Of a DNA stretch of 64,000 nucleotides, positions 48,530 through 58,680 are shown piece by piece. The notes beneath the pieces were generated by a model. That model was not told the DNA's origin. It made no database searches and saw only the letters and a list, made by a program, of their open reading frames with translations. Within the stretch, counting starts at the first letter, position 1. Each line of letters starts with the position of its first letter. Source of the DNA: a virus (taxonomy: Duplodnaviria > Caudoviricetes); IMG/VR virus record IMGVR_UViG_3300002895_000002, positions 1-64,000 of that record; one strand, given 5' to 3'. The translations under genes and the position numbers were made by a program.

Positions 48530-49006
48530 ATGCTTGAAAACATCAAGATTCTTTTCACCACCTTCCTCATCTTCGGCATTCTCGTAGTCTCGCTCTACTT
48601 CGCGCCGGCATATCCGATTGCCAAGTTTGCTCTTGGGGTTATCAACACGATACTCATCTTCTGGGCGATCGTTCTTGTTATCGGTGCAGCGTTCCTTTGC
48701 TCAAACAGTGCTCGTTCGGATATTTCTAGCAAAATTGTGAAGGATGCTGCCTTTCGTGCGGACACCACAACGAAAGTACGCAACATTCTTTCCAAGACCA
48801 CATATATCTACGTCTGGAACTTCTGCATCGTCCTCTGCTACATTGCAGCATGTGCCTACGCCACAGCCAACAGTTTCTTCTTCACTGCATCCTTGATGCT
48901 CGTGTTGTCTATCGTAACATTCATCTTCCCTAGGGCAGTCGTTTCATTTGCGGAGTACTGTAATGATGTGATCATCAGGTATGACGAACGCGCAAGCTGG
49001 CGGTAG
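48530..49006 (+). CDS. Multi-pass membrane protein
   Basis: About four hydrophobic segments. Confidence 0.55.
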   Translation: MLENIKILFTTFLIFGILVVSLYFAPAYPIAKFALGVINTILIFWAIVLVIGAAFLCSNSARSDISSKIVKDAAFRADTTTKVRNILSKTTYIYVWNFCIVLCYIAACAYATANSFFFTASLMLVLSIVTFIFPRAVVSFAEYCNDVIIRYDERASWR

Positions 49007-49067
49007 TAATTTGACAGAACAATCATCTTCAAGTAATATAAAAACAACAACAAACGAAGGAGAAAAT

Positions 49068-50009
49068 ATGAAACATATTGGTACGAGTAGTTTATGGGTA
49101 GAAAAATACCGCCCAAGATGCGTCGCAGACTACCTGGCAACACCTAAGGTCAAATCAATTCTCGACCACATCATTCAGACCAACGACATTCCTCATCTCC
49201 TGCTCTACTCCAAGAGCCCAGGCACAGGTAAGACCACGTTCGCAAACGTGGTGGCTAAAGAGCTCGAATGTGACCTGCTCTACAAGAACGGGTCAATCGA
49301 CACTAGCATCGACAGCATCCGGTATGACGTGCAGCAGTTCACAATGACCAGCTCACTGATGGGTGGGAAGAAGCTCGTGGTGCTCGACGAGGCAGAGCGG
49401 CTCTCACAGAATGCCCAGGAAGCACTGAAAGTCCTGATGGAACAGTGTGAAGGAAACGCACGGTTCATCATCTGTACCAACAACATGCAACGGGTGGTGG
49501 CTCCGGTTATCAGTCGTTGTCAGATCGTTGAGTTTGACCATACTGAGGCGGACAAGCAAGCACTGATGATTCAGTATTTCAAGCGGGTCCAGTTCATCCT
49601 CTCCAACGAAGGAGTTGAGTACGACAAAGCAGTGCTCGCAGAGCTCATCAAGAAGCTCTACCCAGACCTTCGCAAGACTATCGGTCAGCTCCAGCAATTC
49701 TCCAAAACCCACAAGAGCATCACCCAAGAAGTGTTAGGTGATCTCGACGATAGTCAGACCCTGGATCTCGTTGCGAAGATGAAGGCAAAGAAGTTCGAAC
49801 CGATCCGAGCAGCCTGCAGTAACATTGACCCAAGTGGATTTTTCTCAACGTTCTATGCTGAGATATCAAATCTTCTTCAGCCAGAGTGCATTCCCGATAC
49901 AATTTTGATTTTAGCCAGGTACGCGAACACGCATTGCCTAACTACAGATACCGAAATAAATCTCGCGGCATGCATCGTTGAGCTCATGTCAACCATCAAG
50001 TGGAAATAA
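49068..50009 (+). CDS. 44: Clamp loader large subunit (gp44)
   Basis: LWVEKYRP, SPGTGKTT, VLDEAE, SRC motif. Confidence 0.95.
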   Translation: MKHIGTSSLWVEKYRPRCVADYLATPKVKSILDHIIQTNDIPHLLLYSKSPGTGKTTFANVVAKELECDLLYKNGSIDTSIDSIRYDVQQFTMTSSLMGGKKLVVLDEAERLSQNAQEALKVLMEQCEGNARFIICTNNMQRVVAPVISRCQIVEFDHTEADKQALMIQYFKRVQFILSNEGVEYDKAVLAELIKKLYPDLRKTIGQLQQFSKTHKSITQEVLGDLDDSQTLDLVAKMKAKKFEPIRAACSNIDPSGFFSTFYAEISNLLQPECIPDTILILARYANTHCLTTDTEINLAACIVELMSTIKWK

Positions 50010-50910
50010 TTACAGAAGATTCTATCCGGAGAGACCAACCAGGTGTTGAAGAAAGTCTCCGGATAGAATCTTTCTTTTTCAAACCAGGGCTGATATTGAT
50101 TGGAGGGACAACAGTTCCTTTGTTGGCTAGGAGCTGTTTTGGTGATAGGAGATGCTCATTACAGAAATCCCAAAGATCTGCCGTTTTAAATTCCTTACCA
50201 TCAGGGCTGGTTAGTATATAGAGTTTATTTGTTATCCTTATGTTTTTGCCTTGGGTCTTTTCCGGCAATGGGCTGAATTGATTTGGGGCATCATATAGTT
50301 CGGACAACAACCATCCTTCGGTGTTCATGAGACGTTGGACTGAATTTGGTTTGTGTAGGCCCAATGGAATTTCGATTTTTGGGACAACAGATCCAAGATG
50401 AGCCAAGAGATGCTTAGGAGAAAGGGTTAGGTGAGTACACCACTGAATCAGGTCATTGATTAGATATTCATTGCCATTTGGGTCTGTGAGATTGTAGAAT
50501 TTTTTATTGTGTGGTGTCGATCCTTTTATGAATGGTTTCATTCTTTCTCTGATTTGTGGTTGGTTTGTTATTTTCCCTTGATAGTTTGGGTTATTTTCTC
50601 CGGATCGAAACCCAGAACCGCCCGGAATTTGATTATAAGTGTCTGTTCTAGATATAAACCAGTCATCAACAATCATTTTTTCTAGTTCATAGGCGTGTTC
50701 ATCCGATAAAGCTTCGTGAAGAATTATTCGTTCGAAGTTTTCTCGGCCATAAAGTTTGATTGCATCAGAAATTATGGTTCCGGACCCAAGGTATGGATCA
50801 CTTTTGGTATGAGAAGAATGTTTTCCAACGTAGATTTTACCGTTGATCTTATTGCGGATGAGATAAACGAAATGATAGACTGGGTCTTTTTTACCACGAC
50901 GGGAACGCAT
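49996..50910 (-). CDS. GIY-YIG (Seg-like) homing endonuclease with duplicated C-terminal domain
   Basis: HFVYLIRNKINGKIYVGKHS...YLGSG...YNQIPGG; two LT(D/S)P(N/D)G.E repeats. Confidence 0.85.
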   Translation of the reverse strand: MRSRRGKKDPVYHFVYLIRNKINGKIYVGKHSSHTKSDPYLGSGTIISDAIKLYGRENFERIILHEALSDEHAYELEKMIVDDWFISRTDTYNQIPGGSGFRSGENNPNYQGKITNQPQIRERMKPFIKGSTPHNKKFYNLTDPNGNEYLINDLIQWCTHLTLSPKHLLAHLGSVVPKIEIPLGLHKPNSVQRLMNTEGWLLSELYDAPNQFSPLPEKTQGKNIRITNKLYILTSPDGKEFKTADLWDFCNEHLLSPKQLLANKGTVVPPINISPGLKKKDSIRRLSSTPGWSLRIESSVIIST

Positions 50911-50923
50911 GACATTCACCTCA

Positions 50924-51012
50924 ATAAATAGATGTGACGGGGACAGTGGAGTTTCACCTCCTCCATTGGTTGTCAGTGCCACCTGCAACCTTACCTGTTC
51001 CTTTTATTTATC
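50924..51012 (+). ncRNA. HEG-associated three-way-junction element, copy E6
   Basis: P1 GACGGG/CCUGUU, GA, P2 CAGUGGAG/CUCCAUUG with loop UUUCACCUC, P3 GUUG/CAAC, CUUA; opposed late promoters. Confidence 0.8.
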
Positions 51013-51046
51013 ATTTCCCAAAAAATAAAGAAAATAGAGTCAACTA

Positions 51047-51226
51047 ATGAATAAAGAAATGAAGATCAGATGTCAGGTTTGTGGGGAATGGATTCCTGTT
51101 CGTTATATTCACGAGCATGTTGATTGGCAACACCAGGTCAATACTGAATACCATAGTTACATCATGAGTTTAACAATCGAACAGATATTAGAAAATTCCA
51201 AGAATCAATTCCAGATTAGAATTTGA
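51047..51226 (+). CDS. Small Zn-finger-like hypothetical protein
   Basis: Manual translation: MNKEMKIRCQVCGEW...HEHVDWQH. Confidence 0.4.
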   Translation: MNKEMKIRCQVCGEWIPVRYIHEHVDWQHQVNTEYHSYIMSLTIEQILENSKNQFQIRI

Positions 51227-51270
51227 CAAGATTTGAGTTCGGTGTTACTGTATAGAAAAGGAGATGATCC

Positions 51271-51654
51271 ATGGCTAAGCTATTCGATTACATTGACGCT
51301 CTGACCACCAAGAAGCCAATCAAAGAGGACCCGGATGTCTTCCAGAAAGACTTCCAACCGTTTATCATCAATCGAGTGTTTTCGTGTGATAATAACCTGG
51401 TTCTCATCGCCAATCTCTGTAACCAGGGTGGAATGACCAAGGAGATGATCCGGGATCTGTATTATTACGGAGTCCCGAAAGGCAAACGGTTTATCAAGTA
51501 TTCCGCAAAGAAAGAAAAGTCAGACGGACTGATCAAATACCTGATGGACTACTTCGGAGTCAACCAACATACAGCGAAGCAATATGCTGTGCTTCTGGAT
51601 AAGAAAGAGATTGACGAAATTGTCGAGTTTTACGAGAAAAGAGGGAAGGGTTAG
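51271..51654 (+). CDS. 62: Clamp loader small subunit (gp62)
   Basis: LFDYIDALTTKK...FQPFIINRVFS...YFGVN pattern; downstream of gp44. Confidence 0.8.
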   Translation: MAKLFDYIDALTTKKPIKEDPDVFQKDFQPFIINRVFSCDNNLVLIANLCNQGGMTKEMIRDLYYYGVPKGKRFIKYSAKKEKSDGLIKYLMDYFGVNQHTAKQYAVLLDKKEIDEIVEFYEKRGKG

Positions 51655-51743
51655 TCCAGACAATCGTCAAACCCAAAGTCCGTTCATACGCATGGATTGG
51701 ATGTCCGATTCATAGAAATATTAACCAAAGAAAGGAATGTCAC

Positions 51744-52208
51744 GTGTCACAACCGCAACTCGGATTCACAAGAACAAAAGATGTACAAGCACCAAACCGG
51801 GGAACCCCCAAATCCGCTGGTGTTGATTTCTATGTCCCGGATACCTTCAACGACGGACACCCACTCACTATTCGCCCCGGGGAGCATGTCAAGATTGAGA
51901 TGGGCATCCATGTCCGAATCCCGTCTGGCTTTGCTCTCATTCTGTCCCTCGACAAGAGCGGGATTGGTGCGAAGGGTATCAAGGTCACTGGTGGGGTCAT
52001 TGACGAGGACTACCAGGGTGAGATCATGCTGTTCTTCTACAACATCGGTCAAGAGCCGCAACTCATCAAACCCGGCCAGAAGATTGCTCAAGGCCTGCTC
52101 ATTCCTGTCCTGTACGCAGATGTGGTTGAGTACGAGTACAAAACTGATCTGTATGCCGACCATAAATCCGAGCGTGGTGAAGGCGGCTTCGGCTCGACAG
52201 GAGTGTAA
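51744..52208 (+). CDS. dut: Trimeric dUTPase
   Basis: SAGVDF, DKSG, GVIDEDYQGE, RGEGGFGSTG. Confidence 0.95.
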   Translation: MSQPQLGFTRTKDVQAPNRGTPKSAGVDFYVPDTFNDGHPLTIRPGEHVKIEMGIHVRIPSGFALILSLDKSGIGAKGIKVTGGVIDEDYQGEIMLFFYNIGQEPQLIKPGQKIAQGLLIPVLYADVVEYEYKTDLYADHKSERGEGGFGSTGV

Positions 52209-52210
52209 CC

Positions 52211-52675
52211 ATGCACGTCGAAGGAATCTACAAGGGTTATGTGGTATTCACCAATGACCGGGAGGGACTAGTGAACCCCCGCTCTATCTACTCATACGAG
52301 AAACCCGGCGCAGTCAAGACCGGCGACATCCGGGTTATCGAAGGGTGTATCTGGTATGTCAGCACCATCGACGAGATCACCGAGGAACGCCGGATGCCGC
52401 TTGAAATGTTCTTGGGACCGAAGCACGTCCGTGACCAGGTGTGGTGGCGCCGGGTTCCTGAAAAGAGCACCAAAGCCATCGAGGACATCCAGCACCGCCT
52501 GGGTGAAATCGAAAACTGGTTGAACAGTCCCGCTCCGTGGTGCACCGTGGATGATGTGAAGGCTCTCATAGCCGATGCCATTACCGCCAACCCGAGCATC
52601 ACCGCTGCTGAACTGGATGAAACCATCCGGCATCATCTGGATACTTACAAGCACAAGGAGCGGACAAATGGCTAA
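52211..52675 (+). CDS. Hypothetical protein
   Basis: ORF within the operon. Confidence 0.55.
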   Translation: MHVEGIYKGYVVFTNDREGLVNPRSIYSYEKPGAVKTGDIRVIEGCIWYVSTIDEITEERRMPLEMFLGPKHVRDQVWWRRVPEKSTKAIEDIQHRLGEIENWLNSPAPWCTVDDVKALIADAITANPSITAAELDETIRHHLDTYKHKERTNG

Positions 52676-53432
52676 GGTGATCGGTATCGCCGGCAAGATC
52701 GGCAGCGGCAAGGGCTACTTCGCCTCCAAGCTCATCGCTGACCTGAAGAACGACGGGAAGAGCGTGGCCTACACTGCATACGCCGATCCACTCAAGGACG
52801 TGCTCCTCAGGAACTTCGGCCTGACCAAGACTGGCTTCAAGGGGTACTCTCCACTCGACTACCAAGGTGACGGTTACACCAACACCAAGGTCAGGTTACG
52901 GAAGGGACTCTGGCATTGGCACAAGAAGATCGTCAGCTGGGACTTATTGTCATTCCATGATCAACTCAACGAGAGCCGATCGTTTGATGCTCTCTTTGAG
53001 GAACTCTTCGACACCTACGGCCCGAAACTGGTAGGGCTGATGCGGAAGATCGGTGATGCCGAGGCGAACTATGATGACACGTTCCGCCAGATCATCCAGA
53101 TGGTCGGCACGGAGTTCGGCCGTGGCATCAACGAGAACTTCTGGATCCTCGCCACCTTCGCCAAGATCCATGCAGCACTCGAGGGTGGCTTCGATGCCGC
53201 CGTGATCGACGATGTACGCTTCCCGAACGAGAAGACCGAGCTGGAACTCTTCTGTCAGGAGGCGGACTACATCTGCGAGGTGTGGGGTGTTACTGCATCG
53301 GATAAAGTGAGAGCTCAGCGGAGGGGCATGACCGTAAATGCCATGACTGAGTTTGATCAACACGGCTCCGAGCGGTATATTGACGATATCATCGCCACGC
53401 TACCGCCGGAGTTTATTGTGGTGAACGACTAA
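52668..53432 (+). CDS. dNMP kinase (gp1-like)
   Basis: IGIAGKIGSGKG, RQIIQMVGTEFGR, IDDVRFPNE. Confidence 0.88.
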   Translation: MAKVIGIAGKIGSGKGYFASKLIADLKNDGKSVAYTAYADPLKDVLLRNFGLTKTGFKGYSPLDYQGDGYTNTKVRLRKGLWHWHKKIVSWDLLSFHDQLNESRSFDALFEELFDTYGPKLVGLMRKIGDAEANYDDTFRQIIQMVGTEFGRGINENFWILATFAKIHAALEGGFDAAVIDDVRFPNEKTELELFCQEADYICEVWGVTASDKVRAQRRGMTVNAMTEFDQHGSERYIDDIIATLPPEFIVVND

Positions 53433-53439
53433 ATTGCTC

Positions 53440-54195
53440 TTATTTCACTTTGAATATAGTAGCAGCATGGATCGAAGCAGGTCCATGCTGCTTCAAAATC
53501 CTGCTTCCTTCTGCAATCGTTGATCCAGACGTTAGGAAGTCATCCAGAATGAGAACATGCTTGCCTTGAACTTTCTTGGTCATTTCTGGATCTGCCTTCA
53601 GAAATCCACGAAGGTGTCTCCTCTCATTACCAAGCACCCTCTTCATTTCGAGAGTTTGGTTCCCTTCCTTTTTCAGGCGGTCTATTGTTTTTGTCAGATT
53701 CTTATGTACCTTCTCATTATCGAGATCAGGGCTGATGGTGACATTATCGATGTGGGCCTTATCAAGTGAGCCAGGGTGATAGGAAACACCAGGCATCCGG
53801 GTCATGAGGTGATGGGCAAAACGGTGAACAAGGTCCGACGATGACTTTGGCGTAACAATCATGTCGAACTTTTTGCCCTTGAGGTCTGTGGCGAGAAGGT
53901 GTTGAGCAGTCCTCGAAAGGAAATGTTCCCGGTCCTCATGCTCGAATGTGATATCCGGGTGTTTCCCTTTGAGAGCTTTCATGATATCGCCTGACTGCTC
54001 AATGTCATGCCCAACATGGTAGCTCGAGGAAACAGGAACCTTATCCGTCTGGGTGCTGTGAGTGGAGAACGGTGTTTTCTTCTTTCCCTTCCCGAATTTG
54101 GTTGATATGCCCTCTTGGCTACTGTAGTCGAATTTTAGTTTCCCGTCGACAGTAATGCCCTCGTTGATCTCTATGAATTTTTTGAATGATATCAT
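53440..54195 (-). CDS. Type I phosphoribosyltransferase (ComF/PRTase-like) with capsid-targeting-like N-terminus
   Basis: MISFKKFIEINE start; IVTPKSS; VLILDDFLTSGSTI PRPP motif; ATAAATA and GGAGG upstream on the - strand. Confidence 0.75.
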   Translation of the reverse strand: MISFKKFIEINEGITVDGKLKFDYSSQEGISTKFGKGKKKTPFSTHSTQTDKVPVSSSYHVGHDIEQSGDIMKALKGKHPDITFEHEDREHFLSRTAQHLLATDLKGKKFDMIVTPKSSSDLVHRFAHHLMTRMPGVSYHPGSLDKAHIDNVTISPDLDNEKVHKNLTKTIDRLKKEGNQTLEMKRVLGNERRHLRGFLKADPEMTKKVQGKHVLILDDFLTSGSTIAEGSRILKQHGPASIHAATIFKVK

Positions 54196-54470
54196 GTGTC
54201 CCTCCAAAATTATATCCTTATTTATTTCTATTGACATTCTCCTCCTGTTCTGTTATCCTGTTTATAACATAAAAGGAGGTTCTTATTATGAAAAATCAAT
54301 CCGATTGTTTACGAGATGAAGAAAAGTTCGGCCCATCCGCCGTGCCTGAGACTGAATACATTGGCGAGGGGAACATAAGGGGTTCTTCGGATATACCGGT
54401 GAGGAGTCCAAGCGCATCTGTAAGATCTGTGGTGCGGTTAAGTATTTTTACAACAATGAGGAAGAAGACA

Positions 54471-54770
54471 ATGAGTAAACTTGAAACACATTATTTCGAC
54501 TGTATATGTTCCTCACCCGAGCATACCCTCCGCTTCACTCTGGATAAAACACCGAGTGAACCCGAGATGTACGTGGAGGTTTACCTACATGAACGGAGCT
54601 TCCTGTCACGTCTGTGGTATGGCCTGAAGTACATCTTCGGCTATAAGTGCCGCTATGGTGCATGGGACTGCTGGACCCTCAAGTCCGAGGACATCGGCAG
54701 GATGAAGAATCTCCTGGATGTCTACGAGATGCTCGAGAAGGCTCCCAGTGATAAGCCGAAACCCTACTGA
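54471..54770 (+). CDS. Hypothetical protein
   Basis: MSKLETHYFDCIC start. Confidence 0.5.
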   Translation: MSKLETHYFDCICSSPEHTLRFTLDKTPSEPEMYVEVYLHERSFLSRLWYGLKYIFGYKCRYGAWDCWTLKSEDIGRMKNLLDVYEMLEKAPSDKPKPY

Positions 54771-54831
54771 TTTTTGACAATCACCCCTTCCTGTTATACA
54801 ATAAGGAATCAACGAACGAAGGAGTCTCACC

Positions 54832-56361
54832 TTGGGAAAGAATTATATCAACGTCTACGAGTCTGATAAAGATGTCATCACCCATGTCTACGTGGAGGAT
54901 GGTGTTCGGAAGGTAGAGAAGGAAATCTTTCAACCGTTTTGTGCTGTCAACTCGGTTGTGCCTACCGGTTGGACTGACATTCACGGAAGAGATGTCAACC
55001 CCAAAATGTTCCGAAGCATGTCCGATTATCGGGCATGGAAGAAAGAAAATGATGGATTGTTTGACATATACGGAGATGTCAAGCCCGAATATCAATTCAT
55101 CGCCAAAAACTACCGAGAAACAATCGTTCCCAACAAAGAGGGAATGAACATCTACAACTTCGATATCGAGGTTGAGGTCCCGCCCGGAAGTGGTTTTCCT
55201 GACACGGAACAGGCTCTGTTCCCAATCAACGCCATCACAATCCAGAACATGGTGAAGGACCGGTACTACTCCTTCGCATACAAGAAACCCAAGGCATTAC
55301 CTGACGGCGTTGACGTTGTCTATGTCCAATGTGAATCTGAGATTGACATGCTGGACAAGTTTCTCAAGTTCTGGACTGACTACCCATGCGACATCATGAC
55401 AGGGTGGAACATCAGAATCTTCGATATTCCCTACCTCATCAATCGTTTGAATAGGGTTTGTGGTTCAAATACTCACCTCAAACTCTCACCGTGTCGGAAG
55501 ATAGGCAAGCATGAGTCAAAGCACATGCCGGGCGAGTTCTACTATGTGATCCGTGGTGTAACGGACATGGACTACATCGAGCTCTACAAGAAATTCACCT
55601 ACGAGTCCAGGGAACGGTATTCCCTCGATTACATCGCACAGTACGAACTCGGGAAAGAGAAGATCAAGTTCAAAGAAGACCACGAAGACCTGTATGAGCT
55701 CTACCATCAGGATTTCACCAAGTTCCTAGCATACAACATCAAAGACGTTGAGCTTGTATCTGACCTGGATAAGAAGCTCAAGTACATCGACCTGGCTCTC
55801 TTCGTTATGTACAAGGCCAAGTGCCTTCCGGAAGATATCTTCGGTACGGTGAAGATCTGGGATTCATACCTCTACAACGTCCTGATGGACCGGAAGATCT
55901 TCTGTCCGCCCAACAAGAGGCACAGTGCTCAAGAATACCCGGGTGGGTATGTTGGTGATCCTGAGGTTGGGATGCATCGTTGGGTCATGGTGTTTGACGT
56001 TGCATCATCTTACCCGAACCAGATCCGATCATACAACATGTCACCGGAAACGATTATTGACGAACACCAGTTGTCCTCTGAATTGAGAGACATCCGTGCT
56101 AATTTTGGATCAATCGAGGGATGCTTAGACCAGGATATCCTCGAGAAGGACAATATAAGTGAAGTTCTTCAGAGACATAACGTTTCAATGGCACCGAACG
56201 GACATTTCTTCGACATATCACAAGAAGGGATTCTTCCGGGTGTGATTGGTGAACTGTTCAATGAAAGAAAATCAGTCAAAAAATCGATGGGTTTATTGAA
56301 GAAAGAATTGGAGGACCTTAGGAGGAAGCTTTCTGATGGCGATTTTGAAATGCAAGATTGA
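54832..56361 (+). CDS. 43: B-family DNA polymerase, N-terminal subunit (gp43A-like: exonuclease, palm motif A, first finger helix)
   Basis: FDIEVE ExoI, GWNIRIFDIPY ExoII, YNIKDV ExoIII, FDVASSYPN motif A. Confidence 0.92.
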   Translation: MGKNYINVYESDKDVITHVYVEDGVRKVEKEIFQPFCAVNSVVPTGWTDIHGRDVNPKMFRSMSDYRAWKKENDGLFDIYGDVKPEYQFIAKNYRETIVPNKEGMNIYNFDIEVEVPPGSGFPDTEQALFPINAITIQNMVKDRYYSFAYKKPKALPDGVDVVYVQCESEIDMLDKFLKFWTDYPCDIMTGWNIRIFDIPYLINRLNRVCGSNTHLKLSPCRKIGKHESKHMPGEFYYVIRGVTDMDYIELYKKFTYESRERYSLDYIAQYELGKEKIKFKEDHEDLYELYHQDFTKFLAYNIKDVELVSDLDKKLKYIDLALFVMYKAKCLPEDIFGTVKIWDSYLYNVLMDRKIFCPPNKRHSAQEYPGGYVGDPEVGMHRWVMVFDVASSYPNQIRSYNMSPETIIDEHQLSSELRDIRANFGSIEGCLDQDILEKDNISEVLQRHNVSMAPNGHFFDISQEGILPGVIGELFNERKSVKKSMGLLKKELEDLRRKLSDGDFEMQD

Positions 56362-56509
56362 TGATATTACTCCATGCAAACACAGATGTCATGGTTGTTC
56401 GGAAGGTTTATGGTTTTGTATCCGTTGTCATGCATGGATCAGACCAGCTCAGGATCGGTGGGTATCCTGTCCGAATTGCGGAAACGAAAACATAACATTA
56501 GAACCCTAG
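56336..56509 (+). CDS. Small Cys-rich Zn-finger protein
   Basis: Manual translation: MAILKCKIDDITPCKHRCHGC...CIRC...CPNCGNENITLEP*; GGAGG RBS. Confidence 0.55.
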   Translation: MAILKCKIDDITPCKHRCHGCSEGLWFCIRCHAWIRPAQDRWVSCPNCGNENITLEP

Positions 56510-57537
56510 AGTATCAAAAGTTCAAATACATACCCAGCACTTTTTGTTGCTTCCCATTTAGCATTGTTCCTATCAACATCTTGGGTAGCTGTATATAATG
56601 ATTTTACTTCGATAATAAGATTTTCCGATGGGATGAAAATATCAGGATAATATCGCCGATGTTTTCCTTCAAAGGTGTACATGATTTTGGGTATACGGGA
56701 TTTTTCGACAATGATATCATCCTCTGAATATCACTCAAGCAACAGATCCAGAGCTTTTGGTTCATTACCTTGGACACGAACAATTTTGCCGGACGGAAAT
56801 GTATATTGCTTTTGAGAAAACCAATCCCTCCGGTCAAGATACTCCGGTACGTGCATGTTACTTTCTACTCCGTATCTATCCATTAGACTCTGTCTGCTTT
56901 TTATTCTGAACTCGGGAGTTGACATAAAGAAACGATTCCCGTGGTTTTGTAGGTTTGACTCTTCGACCTTTTGTTGAATATTTTTGTTTTGGAATGGAAA
57001 CTCGACACCATATCTTTCTTGATTTGTTTTGGTAATTCTTGCTCTCAATATAGGGCTATTCATGGGACCAGAGCCACCATACCGTTCAATCATAGTGTCA
57101 GTGCCCTTTTTCTTTATTTCTGGGTTTTTATTATGATGAGACACCCCATATCGTTCTTCACATGTTTGCTTTGCTCCGGATCTATTATTATACGTTTCCG
57201 AACCATGTCTTTCTAGTAAGGTTTGTTTCCGTTTATCATTCCATTCTTTGCCTCTGCTCCGGCAAGAATGTGAACAGTAGGTTTCTTTATAGGGGACAGT
57301 TGCGGAACAGAATTTTGTTATTGGCTGGTTACATGTTGGGCAGATTTTAGGATAATCAGACCAATCGTTTAGGATCCAAACAATCCGCTCTATTATATTG
57401 TCACTTTTACATTTTTGGGTTGATGTGAATATTTCATGTTTTATTTCTTCAGGACATTGTTTGACTTTTGAAGGATTTATGCCTCTGGAATGAAATAAAT
57501 TATTTCTAATAAATGTTTTCAAATCAAGTCCGCTCAT
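56506..57537 (-). pseudogene. Homing endonuclease-like gene (Zn ribbon, ERYG repeats, C-terminal PD-(D/E)XK domain) interrupted by an in-frame TGA at 56731-56733
   Basis: After LLLE* the frame continues YSEDDII...RRYYPDIFIPSENLIIEVKS...FELLIL*; TATAAATA upstream on the - strand. Confidence 0.75.
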
Positions 57538-57609
57538 GTGATGCCTTTCTTGACGACAATGTGTAATCATGTTATTATTTATAAAACTTGAACAAAAAAG
57601 GAGTATATT

Positions 57610-58671
57610 TTGACTAAGACAGAAATAGAAAATAGAATCAAGGAGATACAGAATCAGCTGGCCGCAATGGACGCAATGCAACAATCCATAAAAATCCTTA
57701 TGAATAGCGCGTATGGTGCCTTTGGTAACCAGCACTTCCGGTATTTCGATATCCGCATAGCGTCTGGTATCACCACTGCAGGTCAGGTTACGATCCGTGG
57801 AGTGTCTCAATATTGTGAGAGCAAGATACCGTTGCTGTCGAACATCTACAACGACACAGACTCGATCTTTCTGGCCCTGGAGCCGATGGTCAAGAAGCGT
57901 TTCCCGAATGGTGCTTCAATCAAGGAGACAGCAGATTTTATTCTCAAGCTCTCTGATCAGGTTATCTCTCCCACGATAGAGGAATACTTTACCAGACTGA
58001 GCAAGAACCTCAACATGCGAATCTTGACTATATCACTGGAGCCTGAGTGCATCTCAGACGTCTGTTTCTTCAAGGCAAAGAAAAAGTATGCCATGAAGCA
58101 AACCTGGGTAGAAGGGTCGTGGTATCTGGACAAGACTAAGCTGAAGATCAAAGGTATTGAGATTGTCCGGACGTCAACACCTCAGTTCTGTCGGGATACA
58201 TTGAAGAAGGCTGTTGAGCTTATCTTCGAAACCCAGGACAACCAGACAGTGGTTGACTATATCAAGAAGGTTAAGGAAGAGTTCCTTCAGCTCCCGTTCG
58301 AACAGAAGGCCTTCCCGCGTGGAGTGAATGGGATTGATAAGCATCAGATTGGTGGACCCGGCATACCCATTCACGTCAGAGCGGCATTGATCTACAACAA
58401 TGCAATCAAGTCCATGAAGCTAACGAAGAAATATCCCCTGATTGCTGAGGGGAATAAGCTCTTGTTTGGGTTTATCAAGACACCCAACAAGCTCGGGACT
58501 GAGGTTATTGCATGTCCCGAAAAGATGCCTGAAGAGATTCTCAGCATGATTGAGATGGACGATGAGGTTCAATTCGAGAAGGCATACCTCTCCCCGATCA
58601 TGAGTATATTTGAAGCGATAGGGTGGCACTTGGAAAAGAAACAACAGAGCCTGGAAGATTTCTTCGGGTAG
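57610..58671 (+). CDS. 43: B-family DNA polymerase, C-terminal subunit (gp43B-like)
   Basis: KILMNSAYG motif B, YNDTDSIF motif C, KKKY, KIKGIE. Confidence 0.92.
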   Translation: MTKTEIENRIKEIQNQLAAMDAMQQSIKILMNSAYGAFGNQHFRYFDIRIASGITTAGQVTIRGVSQYCESKIPLLSNIYNDTDSIFLALEPMVKKRFPNGASIKETADFILKLSDQVISPTIEEYFTRLSKNLNMRILTISLEPECISDVCFFKAKKKYAMKQTWVEGSWYLDKTKLKIKGIEIVRTSTPQFCRDTLKKAVELIFETQDNQTVVDYIKKVKEEFLQLPFEQKAFPRGVNGIDKHQIGGPGIPIHVRAALIYNNAIKSMKLTKKYPLIAEGNKLLFGFIKTPNKLGTEVIACPEKMPEEILSMIEMDDEVQFEKAYLSPIMSIFEAIGWHLEKKQQSLEDFFG

Positions 58672-58680
58672 AAAGGAACG

